In this document: piece by piece, positions 48,887 through 49,461 of the stretch
How positions within the stretch are numbered: position 1 is the first letter of the stretch
How the letters are laid out: each line of letters starts with the position of its first letter
Source of the DNA: a virus
Direction: 5' to 3' (one strand)
Length of the DNA: 49,461 nucleotides
IMG/VR virus record: IMGVR_UViG_3300044501_000030
Notes under the pieces: generated by a model
What the model was told of the DNA's origin: nothing
The model's database searches: none
What the model saw: only the letters and a program-made list of their open reading frames with translations
Translations under genes and position numbers: made by a program

Positions 48887-49461
48887 TCACTGTTGCTGAG
48901 CACTGGGAAGGCCCAATCCGTTGTCGGCGCCCCGCTGAGCAAGGCCCCCCACGAGGGCAGCAAGGCCCTGCAACCCACTCGCGTCCAAGTTCTTGACGTT
49001 GTCCAGTTCATCGCTGACCTCGACGATGAACGTGTGCGGATCACGGATCTGATCGAACGTCCGGACGGTCCGTTCAATGATGTTCGACCAGGCTTCGGCG
49101 ATCTTCTTCGCCACGTCGGCGATCGGCGGTGGAATGTTCGGCTGCGACGCGAGGGTGATGAGTTCCATGATCCGCTGGTAGTAGGTCCCAAGGATGTTCA
49201 CGAGGAGCATCGCGTTCTGGCGTTCCGCGTCGCGGTTGATCGTCGCGGAGGAGGCCGTCAGTTCGACGGAGACGTTCTGTTCGAAGTCGTCCGTCTTGAG
49301 GAGCGCGATCACCAAGGCGCCCTTCTGGTCGCCCAGCACCTTCCGGATGTTGCTCGCCGCAAGACCGTTCTCATCCTCCCGCAAGAGCTGCTCATGATAC
49401 CGCCAGAGACACTGTCGCACGGCCGCTGCCGCACATTCCTTCATGTTGTCGTAGGCCGGTG
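48887..49461 (-). CDS. Portal protein, C-terminal part (continues from 1..1376 across the circular junction)
   Basis: Track ORF 48887..49444 is in frame with the open frame of 1..1376 through the 127-nt overlap. The 'M' at 49444 is an internal Met. Confidence 0.75.
   Translation of the reverse strand, partial: PAYDNMKECAAAAVRQCLWRYHEQLLREDENGLAASNIRKVLGDQKGALVIALLKTDDFEQNVSVELTASSATINRDAERQNAMLLVNILGTYYQRIMELITLASQPNIPPPIADVAKKIAEAWSNIIERTVRTFDQIRDPHTFIVEVSDELDNVKNLDASGLQGLAALVGGLAQRGADNGLGLPSAQQQ
49335..49461. repeat. Terminal direct repeat, copy B
   Basis: Identical to 1-127. Confidence 0.95.

Noticed and set aside
2239-48902. GCTNAGC core of the motif as a restriction-site signal (it is the recognition sequence of BlpI/Bpu1102I-type enzymes)
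   Set aside because: Phages normally deplete such sites. Here the site is strongly enriched and extended by conserved flanks (TT…AA), so restriction avoidance does not explain it.
49335-49461. Biological direct terminal repeat (T7-like DTR)
   Set aside because: The 127-nt length matches a common assembler k-mer, and the repeat lies inside the portal coding sequence. A circularisation artefact is far more likely. The true termini are unknown.

Overview
The window is a closed, circular contig of a high-GC tailed phage, about 49.33 kb of unique sequence. Bases 1-127 are identical to 49335-49461, so the portal gene is cut by the window edge. I saw no rRNA, tRNA, CRISPR array, integrase or att-like boundary. 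There are three transcription blocks. (1) A leftward block runs from about 12.9 kb to 1. It carries small secreted or membrane early proteins, an HTH TerS candidate and a terminase large subunit split into separate ATPase and nuclease ORFs by a two-gene insert. It also carries a roughly 6.4-kb island of Sec-signal proteins with Pro-Thr tails, including a 1002-aa beta-helix enzyme, and the portal N-terminus. (2) A rightward early/replication block runs from 13.9 to 30.5 kb. It encodes many small ORFs, an SF2 helicase and a Ro60/Rsr (TROVE+vWA) homologue. It also encodes a Cas4-like PD-(D/E)XK nuclease interrupted by an apparent class 3 intein, a Sak4-like ATPase and an SSB-like protein with a long charged tail. 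The block ends with a UDG-like::PolA fusion and a P-loop NTPase. (3) A leftward virion block runs from 49.4 to 30.5 kb. Its order is portal C-terminus, scaffold, decoration-like, major capsid, a beta-helix protein, adaptor-like proteins, fibre, an 891-aa protein and internal/ejection-type proteins, with a PAPS-reductase-like gene embedded among the last group. Blocks 1 and 2 diverge at an AT-rich, repeat-dense control/origin-like region (13.2-13.9 kb) that has mirror-image extended -10 promoters. This region holds clustered copies of a palindrome, AATTGCTSAGCA, which is strongly over-represented across the whole genome. All functional calls come from motifs read by eye and from gene order; no database search was possible. 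Many ORFs remain hypothetical, and no canonical endolysin, primase or RNA polymerase was recognised.
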